From Cyanobacteria bacterium J06626_4 (GTDB taxonomy: Bacteria > Cyanobacteriota > Cyanobacteriia > Phormidesmidales > Phormidesmidaceae): DNA of 37,582 nucleotides. Under the pieces are notes generated by a model. It did not search any database, was not told where the DNA came from, and was given only the letters and a program-made list of their open reading frames with translations. Both the position numbers and the translations under genes were made by a program. Positions 26,691-35,183 of this stretch are shown here, piece after piece. The first letter of the stretch is position 1. Every line of letters begins with the position of its first letter. The stretch lies in NCBI GenBank assembly GCA_038523235.1, contig JBCBJQ010000056.1, forward strand, positions 1-37,582. The letters run 5' to 3'.

Positions 26691-28472
26691 CTACAGTAAA
26701 TCTACGATCCCTAAAGTGCTGTCTAGATGAATCCGCTGTCCGGATTGCAAGCGATCGCGCCGCTGGTTCATCACAATGGTCGGAATGCCATACTCTCGCG
26801 CTGCGATCGCCCCATTAGAAAGTTGTCCGCCGGTTTCGGCAATCAAGCCGTTGATCGGCATTTGGGCAAAGGCAGGCAGATCACTGGCCTTGAGAAACGG
26901 CACGACCAGAATCGTGTCGAGCGGTAGCGCTTGAGGCTGGCGCAAAGCCTTTAAGACCGAGACTTTACCCGTGGCTGCTCCGGGACAGACCGGCAGGGCG
27001 TGTAGCCGAGATGTGCCCTCAGTCAGGGAGGCGGTTGGCGAGTCAGTGGTTGGCAACTGGGGCTGGGCGTGCTGTCTACGATCACCCTCAACGGGAATGA
27101 TGGGTCGACTCTGGAGCAGCCAGAGGAGATCGCCGTCAAAGCTCCATTCAATATTTTGGGGAATGCCTAAACAGCGCTGCTCCAGGTGGCGGGCTAAAAA
27201 GGCCACTTCTTGCAGTAGCCGCTGCGGCGTCTCACCAGCACCCTGGACGTCGAGGGTTAATGCCTCGGGCAAGCGCCAACTGTCGGGACTCTGGATATCC
27301 TCTGGCCGGTCAGCGGGCTGCAGAGTGACTTGCCACCGCTCGGGCGATCGCTGGCCAGCCGTCACGAAAGTGGCGGGGCCGAGCAGCGCTTCAATGACAA
27401 CGGTGTCGCCTGCTCCCGTAAAGGGATCGCGGCTAAAGGCGACCCCGCTGCAGAGACCCTGCACCTGCTGCTGCACAATGACGGCCAGACTGCCCTCGGG
27501 TAGGTTGCGATCGCGGCGATACTGCAGGGCACTGGCTTGGCTGTAGGCGCGAAAGCACTGATTCATCGCGGCGTACAGCGCTTCTGGTGAGGTCAGGTTA
27601 GGGATCGCGGGATATTGCCCCGCACTGGACGAGACGGCTGGGCGATCGCCGACGATGGATGACCGAGCGATGACAGGAGCCTGCGGCGACGGTTGGGTAA
27701 TCTCCAGCAGCATTGCCGGGTCATCCCCAGCGGGTAAGACATAGCCCGTCGGCACGGGATAGCCCCAGCCAAGCAGTTGCGATAGTGAGGCCGCTTTAGC
27801 TCCGACCTGATCTTTGTCTAACCGTTTTTGGAGCGCTAGCAGCGCGCGATCGCTGCGAAAGAAGCCGAACAGCCGCCGCGATTCGAGTCGCGTGGCGGGG
27901 TTGGGCTGATCGAGCTCCTCAGGCATTTTTTGATAAATCCAGCCGATCAGACCGCAAAGGCTGGCCGTCAGTAAAATCCGCATGCCGTTGGGGTGGCTGA
28001 GGGCCGTGATCAGCGTAAACAGCCCCAGCACGAGCAGTCGGCCCTGCTGCTTTTCCCGAAATAGCGTGAAGCCCAAAAAGCCCACCAAAAAGCTTAGACC
28101 GGCCACCACGGGGGTGTGGGTAAAGGCTCCGCCAATCAGGCTAGTGGTGCCGACGGCGTGTGATCGCCAGTAGCGGCCCATGACCAAGGCCATCAGGGCA
28201 ATGATTTCCCAACCGGGGTCAGTAGGAAAATAGTGGCGAGCCAGCCAAACCGTCCCCACGCCTTTGGCCACCTCGGTCAGCCAGGCCAAACTGCCCACCA
28301 GCTGATTGCCCTCGATAAAAGCTGTGGTGATGCTGGTTTCGCGACGCCACGGCTGTGGGGTGGCCTGACGCGTCAACAGGGCGAGCCACCAAGCCGTCAG
28401 CGGCCAGGCCCCCAGCAGCGGGCACAGCACGAAGATGAGCAAAGCGCCCCAAACTTGAGTCAGGGTCAGCAT
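26691..28472 (-). CDS. PlsY-like membrane domain fused to PEP-synthase/PPDK nucleotide-binding and swivel domains
   Basis: N-terminal TMs with EVAKG and GRYW; VGAKAASL, PVP.G, ARSS, AGQY, VIVQ..SGVAFSRDP, PQNIEW and LQSRPI; C-terminal GGQLSNGAIAAREYGIP. ATG 28472 is preferred. Confidence 0.85.
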   Translation of the reverse strand: MLTLTQVWGALLIFVLCPLLGAWPLTAWWLALLTRQATPQPWRRETSITTAFIEGNQLVGSLAWLTEVAKGVGTVWLARHYFPTDPGWEIIALMALVMGRYWRSHAVGTTSLIGGAFTHTPVVAGLSFLVGFLGFTLFREKQQGRLLVLGLFTLITALSHPNGMRILLTASLCGLIGWIYQKMPEELDQPNPATRLESRRLFGFFRSDRALLALQKRLDKDQVGAKAASLSQLLGWGYPVPTGYVLPAGDDPAMLLEITQPSPQAPVIARSSIVGDRPAVSSSAGQYPAIPNLTSPEALYAAMNQCFRAYSQASALQYRRDRNLPEGSLAVIVQQQVQGLCSGVAFSRDPFTGAGDTVVIEALLGPATFVTAGQRSPERWQVTLQPADRPEDIQSPDSWRLPEALTLDVQGAGETPQRLLQEVAFLARHLEQRCLGIPQNIEWSFDGDLLWLLQSRPIIPVEGDRRQHAQPQLPTTDSPTASLTEGTSRLHALPVCPGAATGKVSVLKALRQPQALPLDTILVVPFLKASDLPAFAQMPINGLIAETGGQLSNGAIAAREYGIPTIVMNQRRDRLQSGQRIHLDSTLGIVDLL

Positions 28473-28764
28473 AAAGCGGTTGCTTTCAAGGGCATAACAG
28501 GATGAGAACTGAATCAGGGTTCTCATTTTCTCATGGGATCTCCAGACAACGCTCGCTGCTGTCGGCTGGTTGGGAGGAACTCATGTGATCGCTAGCACCG
28601 CCTCAGAGACACTCTCCTCCCTGAGAGAAAATAGGTTTTACCATAGAACAAGACTGACGCAGATGGGCGCGGGCCGCTAGCGTAAGCGGTGAGGTATCTC
28701 TTCGAAGACAGCTACAGCCAGCATTGCGTCGATCCTCATCGCGTTAAAACTCACTAGGAAAGCT

Positions 28765-29547
28765 ATGGCAGTTGCATTAATTACAGGGGCTTCGGCTGGG
28801 ATTGGCGCTGAATTTGCTGAGCAGTTAGCCCAACGCGGATACGATTTGGTGTTAGTGGCGCGATCACCCGACAAGCTGCAGGCGATCGCCGATACCGTGA
28901 GCCAGCAGCGCCACGTCAAAGCCACCGTCATCGTGCAAGATTTGACCACGCCTGATGCCGCCGCCAAGGTCATGACTCAGCTAGAGCAGCAGCAGCTTCA
29001 GCCCGACCTGCTCGTCAACAATGCGGGGTTCGGTACCTATGGCGAATTTGCTGACGGCGAACTCAGCACCTATCTCAACATGATTCAACTCAATACGATG
29101 GTGCTGGTAGATCTGACCTACCGCTGTTTGCAGAGCATGAAGCAGCGACAGACCGGTAGCATCTTAAACATCGCTTCCACGGCGGCGTTTCAGCCTATTC
29201 CTTATTTCGCCGTGTATGCGGCCACTAAAACCTTTGTATTGAGCTTTAGCGAAGCGCTCTGGTTTGAATGCAAACCGCATAATATCAAAGTGCTCGGTGT
29301 CTGCCCTGGCCCGACCGAAACGCAATTCTTTAAGACGGCTGAGTTTCCCGATAGCCTGGGAGAAAGTGTCGGGCAAAACTATACCTCGCCTCAAGCCGTT
29401 GTGAGCGATGCGCTGCAAGCGTTAGACAAGGGGCAGTCCAACGTGGTGACCGGGGGCCTCACTAACCAGCTGTTGGTGAATGCGGGCCGCTTTTTGCCCC
29501 GTGAAGCGTTGACTGGTGCGGTGGGCCGGATGTTCAAAACGCAGTAG
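28765..29547 (+). CDS. Short-chain dehydrogenase/reductase
   Basis: ITGASAGIG, LVNNAGFG, NIASTA, YAATK and CPGPTET. Confidence 0.93.
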   Translation: MAVALITGASAGIGAEFAEQLAQRGYDLVLVARSPDKLQAIADTVSQQRHVKATVIVQDLTTPDAAAKVMTQLEQQQLQPDLLVNNAGFGTYGEFADGELSTYLNMIQLNTMVLVDLTYRCLQSMKQRQTGSILNIASTAAFQPIPYFAVYAATKTFVLSFSEALWFECKPHNIKVLGVCPGPTETQFFKTAEFPDSLGESVGQNYTSPQAVVSDALQALDKGQSNVVTGGLTNQLLVNAGRFLPREALTGAVGRMFKTQ

Positions 29548-30491
29548 GCCCTGATCGGGTAACCCGCTGCCCGCTATGCAGCTGTTCTTCATCGCCATGA
29601 CGATGGCCAGCCCAATTGTGAAAGAACTGTAAATGGCGGGTCGATTGAGCCTATGCTTTGTCAGGCGTTGGAGCGATCGCGCTGGCCAACGGGCGATCTC
29701 GGTATCGTCAGTCTGCAGCCCTTACCTCACAACGATTCTGGGCGCGGCAGCAATTTTTACGATGCGGTGTTGTGGGCGATGCAGAGCGATCGCGATCGCC
29801 ATGGAGAGCACTGGTGTAACCGCTGTGATGACGCGACGATGCGGCTCTGGTGGCGGGCTCTAATCGCGGTGGTAAAGCGCTGGACAGCCTCTGTTTGAGA
29901 AAGTCAGCGGCGCTCAGTTTTGTCAAGTTGAGAGGGCCGACAAAACTTTAAAGAACCTGTGAAGCGTAAAGTTTCGTTAGACACTGTAGGTATCTCTCCA
30001 CTAGTATGTGAGCAGACTATGAAGCAGCCGATTCGGGAGATCAGCACAAATACGTATTTGATATTTATGAGAAACGAAAGTGTGTCTGTTTCAGTTACTC
30101 AAGCTCTCTGATTAGGGCGATCATGCAGCCGATAAAAGGCTAAAGCGGCCAACATACTGCGATGATTTGCTTAGTAGTTTAAGTCTAACTATATCGCTCA
30201 ATCAAATCAGGAAAACCTGTTTTATTCAATGGTTGCTAGCTGATAATGTTGGCTCCGTCAAGATTGAACGCCTCTGAATTGACTCGCATGATGTTCCATG
30301 CCCAAACTTTTAGGGCTTCTACAGATGTCTTGATGCTGCTGATCGCAGATTTTCCCTCCCTTAGTCTGACTTGCTATAGAGCTGCTGCTTGAGTGACCTT
30401 GTGTGCGACTTCGAGTCCACTAAGAAGATGGGCTGTTGGCATCGCTTCACGGATATCTGAACTTTTTGAAAACGCTAAAAACTGCTTGATT

Positions 30492-31787
30492 ATGAAGCCT
30501 CAAAACTTTCAAGAAGCCGTTATTTACTATTCAATCATTGGTATTTATCTCTTATTTTTCCTGAGTAGTCAGTTTATTGCCGTGCCCATGATCGCCTGGG
30601 GGTTACTGGCTTATCTGATTCTCGATCATTTCTTTCTTCGGCCTGCCAAGCGGTCAGCGGTGCATATTCCGATTGGCGTTTGGGTTTGGGTGGTGGCGAT
30701 GCTAGCTATTCTAGTCGCCCTAATGGTCGGGCTAGTCAACATTGATGCCAGTCTCACTCGCTTAATTAAGTCTTTTATCAATAACTTCATGCGCACTTGG
30801 GCTTTGCTGGCGGTCTTTCCTTTGATTGGCTGCTTCCAGATTCGCCCTCAAATCGTGTCCCGAGCTATTTGCCTCCTGGCGGTTCAAACCCTAATCATCT
30901 TGCCCTTTGCTTACATCATGATGACCGCTGGGGTTGAGATGCCGCTCTACACAATTTCTATTCTGTCTAAAATTGGTGGCTTTTCTGACCTTTATTACGA
31001 AGTGGCGCTGCACGCGGTTGAAAATATCTCGGGTCAGAGTCGGCTAACGATGTTTGCGCCATGGGCTCCTGCTTTGGCCTGTGCCGCGACGGTGCATATG
31101 TGGTTGGCTAGCTACGAAAAAAATGTCGTACTCCGGTGGCTAGGAATTGGTGCCAATATCATTTTGATAATTGGTTCTGCCTCTCGCTTGGGGCAGTTAT
31201 GTTTGGTCGTGTTACCGCTCGTCCGCTTTAGTTTGATTAATTTGACTCGGCCCATGTGGCTGTTTGGGGCGGCGTTTGCTGCCTTTTTGGCCAGTTTACA
31301 AAGTTCGCGCATCGTGACGGGGCTAACTGACCTCAAGATTTACTTTGATAACCAACGCAGTGAATCTTCCCATGTGCGAGAGGTCTTGGCCCGAGTTGCC
31401 CTCAATCGCTGGACTGATGCGCCCATCTGGGGCCATGCGATGAAGGCCCCTGGGTCACAGGCGACCCGCGATATGCCGATTGGTAGTCACCACACTTGGA
31501 TTGGGGTGCTCTTTACCCACGGTCTGGTCGGCACTACGGCGTTGCTCTTCGCTGCTGCTTATACTTTTATCGATCTGGTGATTAAATCCCAGGCGAGTAA
31601 GGTCTCGCAGGTTAGTCTGATGGTCTTTCTGACTATGATTGCGTTCTCGTTTGGTGAAAATCTGGAGACGCTGGCCTACATGTTTTGGCCTGGATTAGTC
31701 ATGTTGGGGATTGGCTTACAAGAACCTGATCGGGTGTTCACCAGTGCATCCGATGAGCCACCTTTACCGATCGCTACCCATTCTTAA
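30492..31787 (+). CDS. wzy: O-antigen ligase/Wzy polymerase-family membrane protein
   Basis: Many TMs, RLTMFAPWAPA, SASRLG, R..S..VR, PIWGH and PIGSHHTW; ATG 30492. Confidence 0.78.
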   Translation: MKPQNFQEAVIYYSIIGIYLLFFLSSQFIAVPMIAWGLLAYLILDHFFLRPAKRSAVHIPIGVWVWVVAMLAILVALMVGLVNIDASLTRLIKSFINNFMRTWALLAVFPLIGCFQIRPQIVSRAICLLAVQTLIILPFAYIMMTAGVEMPLYTISILSKIGGFSDLYYEVALHAVENISGQSRLTMFAPWAPALACAATVHMWLASYEKNVVLRWLGIGANIILIIGSASRLGQLCLVVLPLVRFSLINLTRPMWLFGAAFAAFLASLQSSRIVTGLTDLKIYFDNQRSESSHVREVLARVALNRWTDAPIWGHAMKAPGSQATRDMPIGSHHTWIGVLFTHGLVGTTALLFAAAYTFIDLVIKSQASKVSQVSLMVFLTMIAFSFGENLETLAYMFWPGLVMLGIGLQEPDRVFTSASDEPPLPIATHS

Positions 31788-31800
31788 ATCAGAGGTCTTT

Positions 31801-32760
31801 ATGTCTACCGTCTCTATTGTTATTCCGGTCTATAACGGCGCTAAAACGATTGCAAGAACGCTGGAATCTATTCTTAAGCAGACCTATCAAGATCTCGAGA
31901 TCATCGTGATTAATGATGGTTCTACAGACAATACGTTAGAGGTGGTAGCCGGCTTTGAAGATCCGCGCATCAAGGTGTGCTCTTATCCGAATGGTGGCCT
32001 GCCGGTAGCGAGAAACCGGGGCATTGACAATGCCACAGGCGACTTTATTAGTTTTGTAGATGCCGACGATCTCTGGTCTCAAGATAAAATTGAATGTCAA
32101 GTCAAAGCGCTTAGCCGCGATGAGAAGGCAGGCGTTGCCTATAGCTGGACGGCTTTTATCGACGAGCACGATAACTTTCTATATGCCTGCGTTCCTCTGC
32201 ACCACGAAGGGGATGTCTATTCAGCGCTGTTAGTCAGAAACTTTATTGCCAATGGTTCTAACATTCTGGTGCGGCGATCAATTGTTGAAGAAGTCGGCCA
32301 GTTTGATCCCAATTTGCATTCTGTTGAAGACTGGGAGTATTACATCAGACTAGCGGCCCGGTGTAATTTTTCAGTGGTGAAAAAGCATCAGATCTACTAC
32401 CGAAAATCTTCTCAAGCGATGTCAGCCAGCGTGCCTCGCATGGAATCCTATGGGTTGACGGTCATTGAGCGGGCCTTTTCGCAGGCTCCTGAAGATCTGC
32501 AATACTTGAAACCTCGCAGTTTAAGTAAGCTGTACCGTTATTTAGCCTTGCAGTGCGTGCGCAACTCATCGAGTCGCGAAGATTTAGCGGTCGCGACTCA
32601 GAAGCTCACGAAGTCAATTCTTAATTCGCCGCGATCGCTGCTCGAAAGAGATACTCAGCGGTTGGCTGTGAAACTGTTCATTCTCAACACGCTGCCTCAG
32701 GACTGGGCCAAATCTCTCATTGAGCGCTTGGGCGATAAGCCCCCAGTAGTGCTGCAGTGA
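31801..32760 (+). CDS. GT2 glycosyltransferase
   Basis: SIVIPVYN, INDGSTD, ARNRG, FVDADD and EDWE. Confidence 0.93.
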   Translation: MSTVSIVIPVYNGAKTIARTLESILKQTYQDLEIIVINDGSTDNTLEVVAGFEDPRIKVCSYPNGGLPVARNRGIDNATGDFISFVDADDLWSQDKIECQVKALSRDEKAGVAYSWTAFIDEHDNFLYACVPLHHEGDVYSALLVRNFIANGSNILVRRSIVEEVGQFDPNLHSVEDWEYYIRLAARCNFSVVKKHQIYYRKSSQAMSASVPRMESYGLTVIERAFSQAPEDLQYLKPRSLSKLYRYLALQCVRNSSSREDLAVATQKLTKSILNSPRSLLERDTQRLAVKLFILNTLPQDWAKSLIERLGDKPPVVLQ

Positions 32761-32822
32761 TGACCTGGACGCGACGTTATTTCCGCTGCGGGTAAAGATT
32801 ACAATCGCGACTACAGTGAGTT

Positions 32823-34121
32823 ATGTCCCTTGGGGAAAAGATTACACAGTTCTTCCAAAGAACTCGACAGTTTATTGGCCGTAAATTACAAGATCGGTTT
32901 GCTCGCAGCTTAGGGTGGCTCGGGATCTCTCAGGCGTTGATTCGCTTTTCCAGGCTCGGGGCGACACTGCTGCTGCCTCGGTTTTTAACCCCCGAAGATT
33001 ATGGGTTGGCTGCCCTGGTGCTCACAACCTATGAGTTTACGCGCACGTTTACCAGATTTGGCCTGCATGCCAAGCTGATTCAAGCGAAAGATGATGAGAT
33101 CGGCGAGCTGAGTAATAGTGCTTTTTGGCTCAACCTGGTGTTGTTTGTCGGGTTGTTTGTGCTGCAGTGCACGCTCGCTTTTCCGGTGGCTTGGTTCTAT
33201 GACAATGACCGGCTGATCTTGCCGATTTGTGTTCTGGCAATCACGTTTTTGATTGTGCCGGTAGGGCAAATTCAGTCGTCGCTGATTCAGCGAGAGAATC
33301 GCCTGAAAGACTACGCGATGGCTCAGTCTCTCCGCTATACCACGGCAAACATTTTGACGGCGGTGTTTGCTGTGGCCGGGTTGGGGCTGTGGGCGATCGT
33401 TTTGCCCAGAGTAATTGCTGCACCCATTGAATATTTTATTTTGCTGCGGAAGCACAAGTGGCGACCTTCCCAAGGATTTACGACTTATCGGTGGGGAGAA
33501 ATTATCAAATTTGGCTTCAATATTCTCGGTGTGCAGCTGTTACAAACGGCCCGCGAGAATATGGACTACCTGATTGTCGGACGCTTTATTGGCATCCGTG
33601 AATTAGGCTTTTATTACTTTGCCTATAACGCCGGTTTAGGCATTAGCTTGACGATTATCAATAGCATCACAACGGCGCTGCTGCCATACCTCTGCGCGGC
33701 GAGAGAGACCTTAAGTCAGCTCAAAGCGGCTTTTTTAAGCAGCCTCAAGACCATTGCTTCCGTGATTATTCCATTCGTCATGCTGCAGTCCCTGGCGGCT
33801 CGTTTCTATGTACCGTTTATATTTGGTGAAGAATGGATTCCAGCGGTGCCCATTCTGATTTTGATTTGTATCTCGGCGATTCCTCGTCCCTTTGATCAGG
33901 CGTCGTTTTATTTATTGACTGCCGTTGATCGATCCGGCGTTGGTCTGCTGTGGAATATTGGCTTTACCGTTTTGTTCGGGCTGTCTTTGCTGGTGGGCGT
34001 GCAATTTGGGGCGCTGGGAGTGGCGACATCTGTGGTCGCTGTTTATTACTGCTTTGTCCCGACTTATCTGCTGTGGTCGATGCGCTACGTTTTTGTAGCT
34101 CGCAAAGGGTTTTTGACGTAA
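32823..34121 (+). CDS. wzx: Wzx polysaccharide flippase
   Basis: RFLTPEDYGLAA, about 12 TMs, DYLIVGRFIG..LGFYYFA and FGEEW. Confidence 0.88.
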   Translation: MSLGEKITQFFQRTRQFIGRKLQDRFARSLGWLGISQALIRFSRLGATLLLPRFLTPEDYGLAALVLTTYEFTRTFTRFGLHAKLIQAKDDEIGELSNSAFWLNLVLFVGLFVLQCTLAFPVAWFYDNDRLILPICVLAITFLIVPVGQIQSSLIQRENRLKDYAMAQSLRYTTANILTAVFAVAGLGLWAIVLPRVIAAPIEYFILLRKHKWRPSQGFTTYRWGEIIKFGFNILGVQLLQTARENMDYLIVGRFIGIRELGFYYFAYNAGLGISLTIINSITTALLPYLCAARETLSQLKAAFLSSLKTIASVIIPFVMLQSLAARFYVPFIFGEEWIPAVPILILICISAIPRPFDQASFYLLTAVDRSGVGLLWNIGFTVLFGLSLLVGVQFGALGVATSVVAVYYCFVPTYLLWSMRYVFVARKGFLT

Positions 34122-34134
34122 GGGAGCATGGGCA

Positions 34135-35154
34135 ATGACGTTGGTTTCAGTAATTGTGCCGGTGTATGGCGTCGAGGCGTATATTGCCAAAACTGTGCAA
34201 TCCGTTCTAGATCAAACCTATGGCAATTTTGAATTGATTTTGGTGGATGATGAATCGCCGGATCGGAGCGTCGAAATTTGCCAGCGATTTGAAGACTCTC
34301 GTATCACCATCGTGCACCAAAAAAATCGCGGTTTAGCAGGAGCGCGCAATACCGGTATTCGTCACGCCCAAGGCACCTATCTAGCGTTTTTAGACGGGGA
34401 CGATTTGTGGCAACCCACGAAGCTAGAGCGACATGTTGAGCATCTGGAACAGAACCCAGATGTCGGTTTGAGTTTTAGTCCTTCAGCGCTCATTGATGAA
34501 GCGGGTGAACCAACGGGCACTTACCTTACTCCCCGGCTCCAGGCGATTACTGCCGAATATCTGTTTCGCAATAATCCGATTGGCAATGGGTCGGCACCGG
34601 TGATCCGACGATCGGTTTTGGAGGCGATCGCCGTTCAGCAAGATCGCTATGGTCAGGTGGAGACGTTTTATTTTGATGAAGACTTTCGCCGCTCAGAAGA
34701 TATTGAATGCTGGCTACGTATTTGTCTGTTGACCGTCTGGCAAATCGAGGGCATTGCTGAACCGCTAACGCTGTATCGCATTAATGCGGGGGGGCTGTCG
34801 GCGAGTCTCGTGCAGCAGTTTGACTCTTGGCAGCAGGTGCTACAAAAAGTCGCGACCTATGCGCCTGAGCGCGTGGCGCAATGGGGCCAGCTGAGTCTGG
34901 CCTATCGATCGCGGGTCCTGTCTCGCAAAGCGGTGCGCCTGCGTAATGGCGCGATGGCTCGATATTTTGCGCAGCAAATGCTCACCAGCGACTGGCGAAT
35001 CCTCCGGCAAGAACCAGCCCCCACGCTGCGAGTGTTAGGAGGAGCCGGGTTGCTGACGATCTTGCCCTACCCGCTCTATCGGTTGGCTGAATCGGGGGTG
35101 GCTCAGCTGATGGGGGCTTGGCAACGCCAAAAAATGTCGACATCTGGCCGTTAA
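34135..35154 (+). CDS. GT2 glycosyltransferase
   Basis: VSVIVPVY, VDDESPD, ARNTG, FLDGDD and SEDIECW. Confidence 0.93.
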   Translation: MTLVSVIVPVYGVEAYIAKTVQSVLDQTYGNFELILVDDESPDRSVEICQRFEDSRITIVHQKNRGLAGARNTGIRHAQGTYLAFLDGDDLWQPTKLERHVEHLEQNPDVGLSFSPSALIDEAGEPTGTYLTPRLQAITAEYLFRNNPIGNGSAPVIRRSVLEAIAVQQDRYGQVETFYFDEDFRRSEDIECWLRICLLTVWQIEGIAEPLTLYRINAGGLSASLVQQFDSWQQVLQKVATYAPERVAQWGQLSLAYRSRVLSRKAVRLRNGAMARYFAQQMLTSDWRILRQEPAPTLRVLGGAGLLTILPYPLYRLAESGVAQLMGAWQRQKMSTSGR

Positions 35155-35183
35155 CCCAGTCCTCTTGGAAAGTGGAGGTTGCC

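Noticed and set aside
29633..29926. 72-81 aa ORFs downstream of the SDR
   Set aside because: Mutually overlapping, no recognisable motifs, HIP1-rich; probably non-coding.
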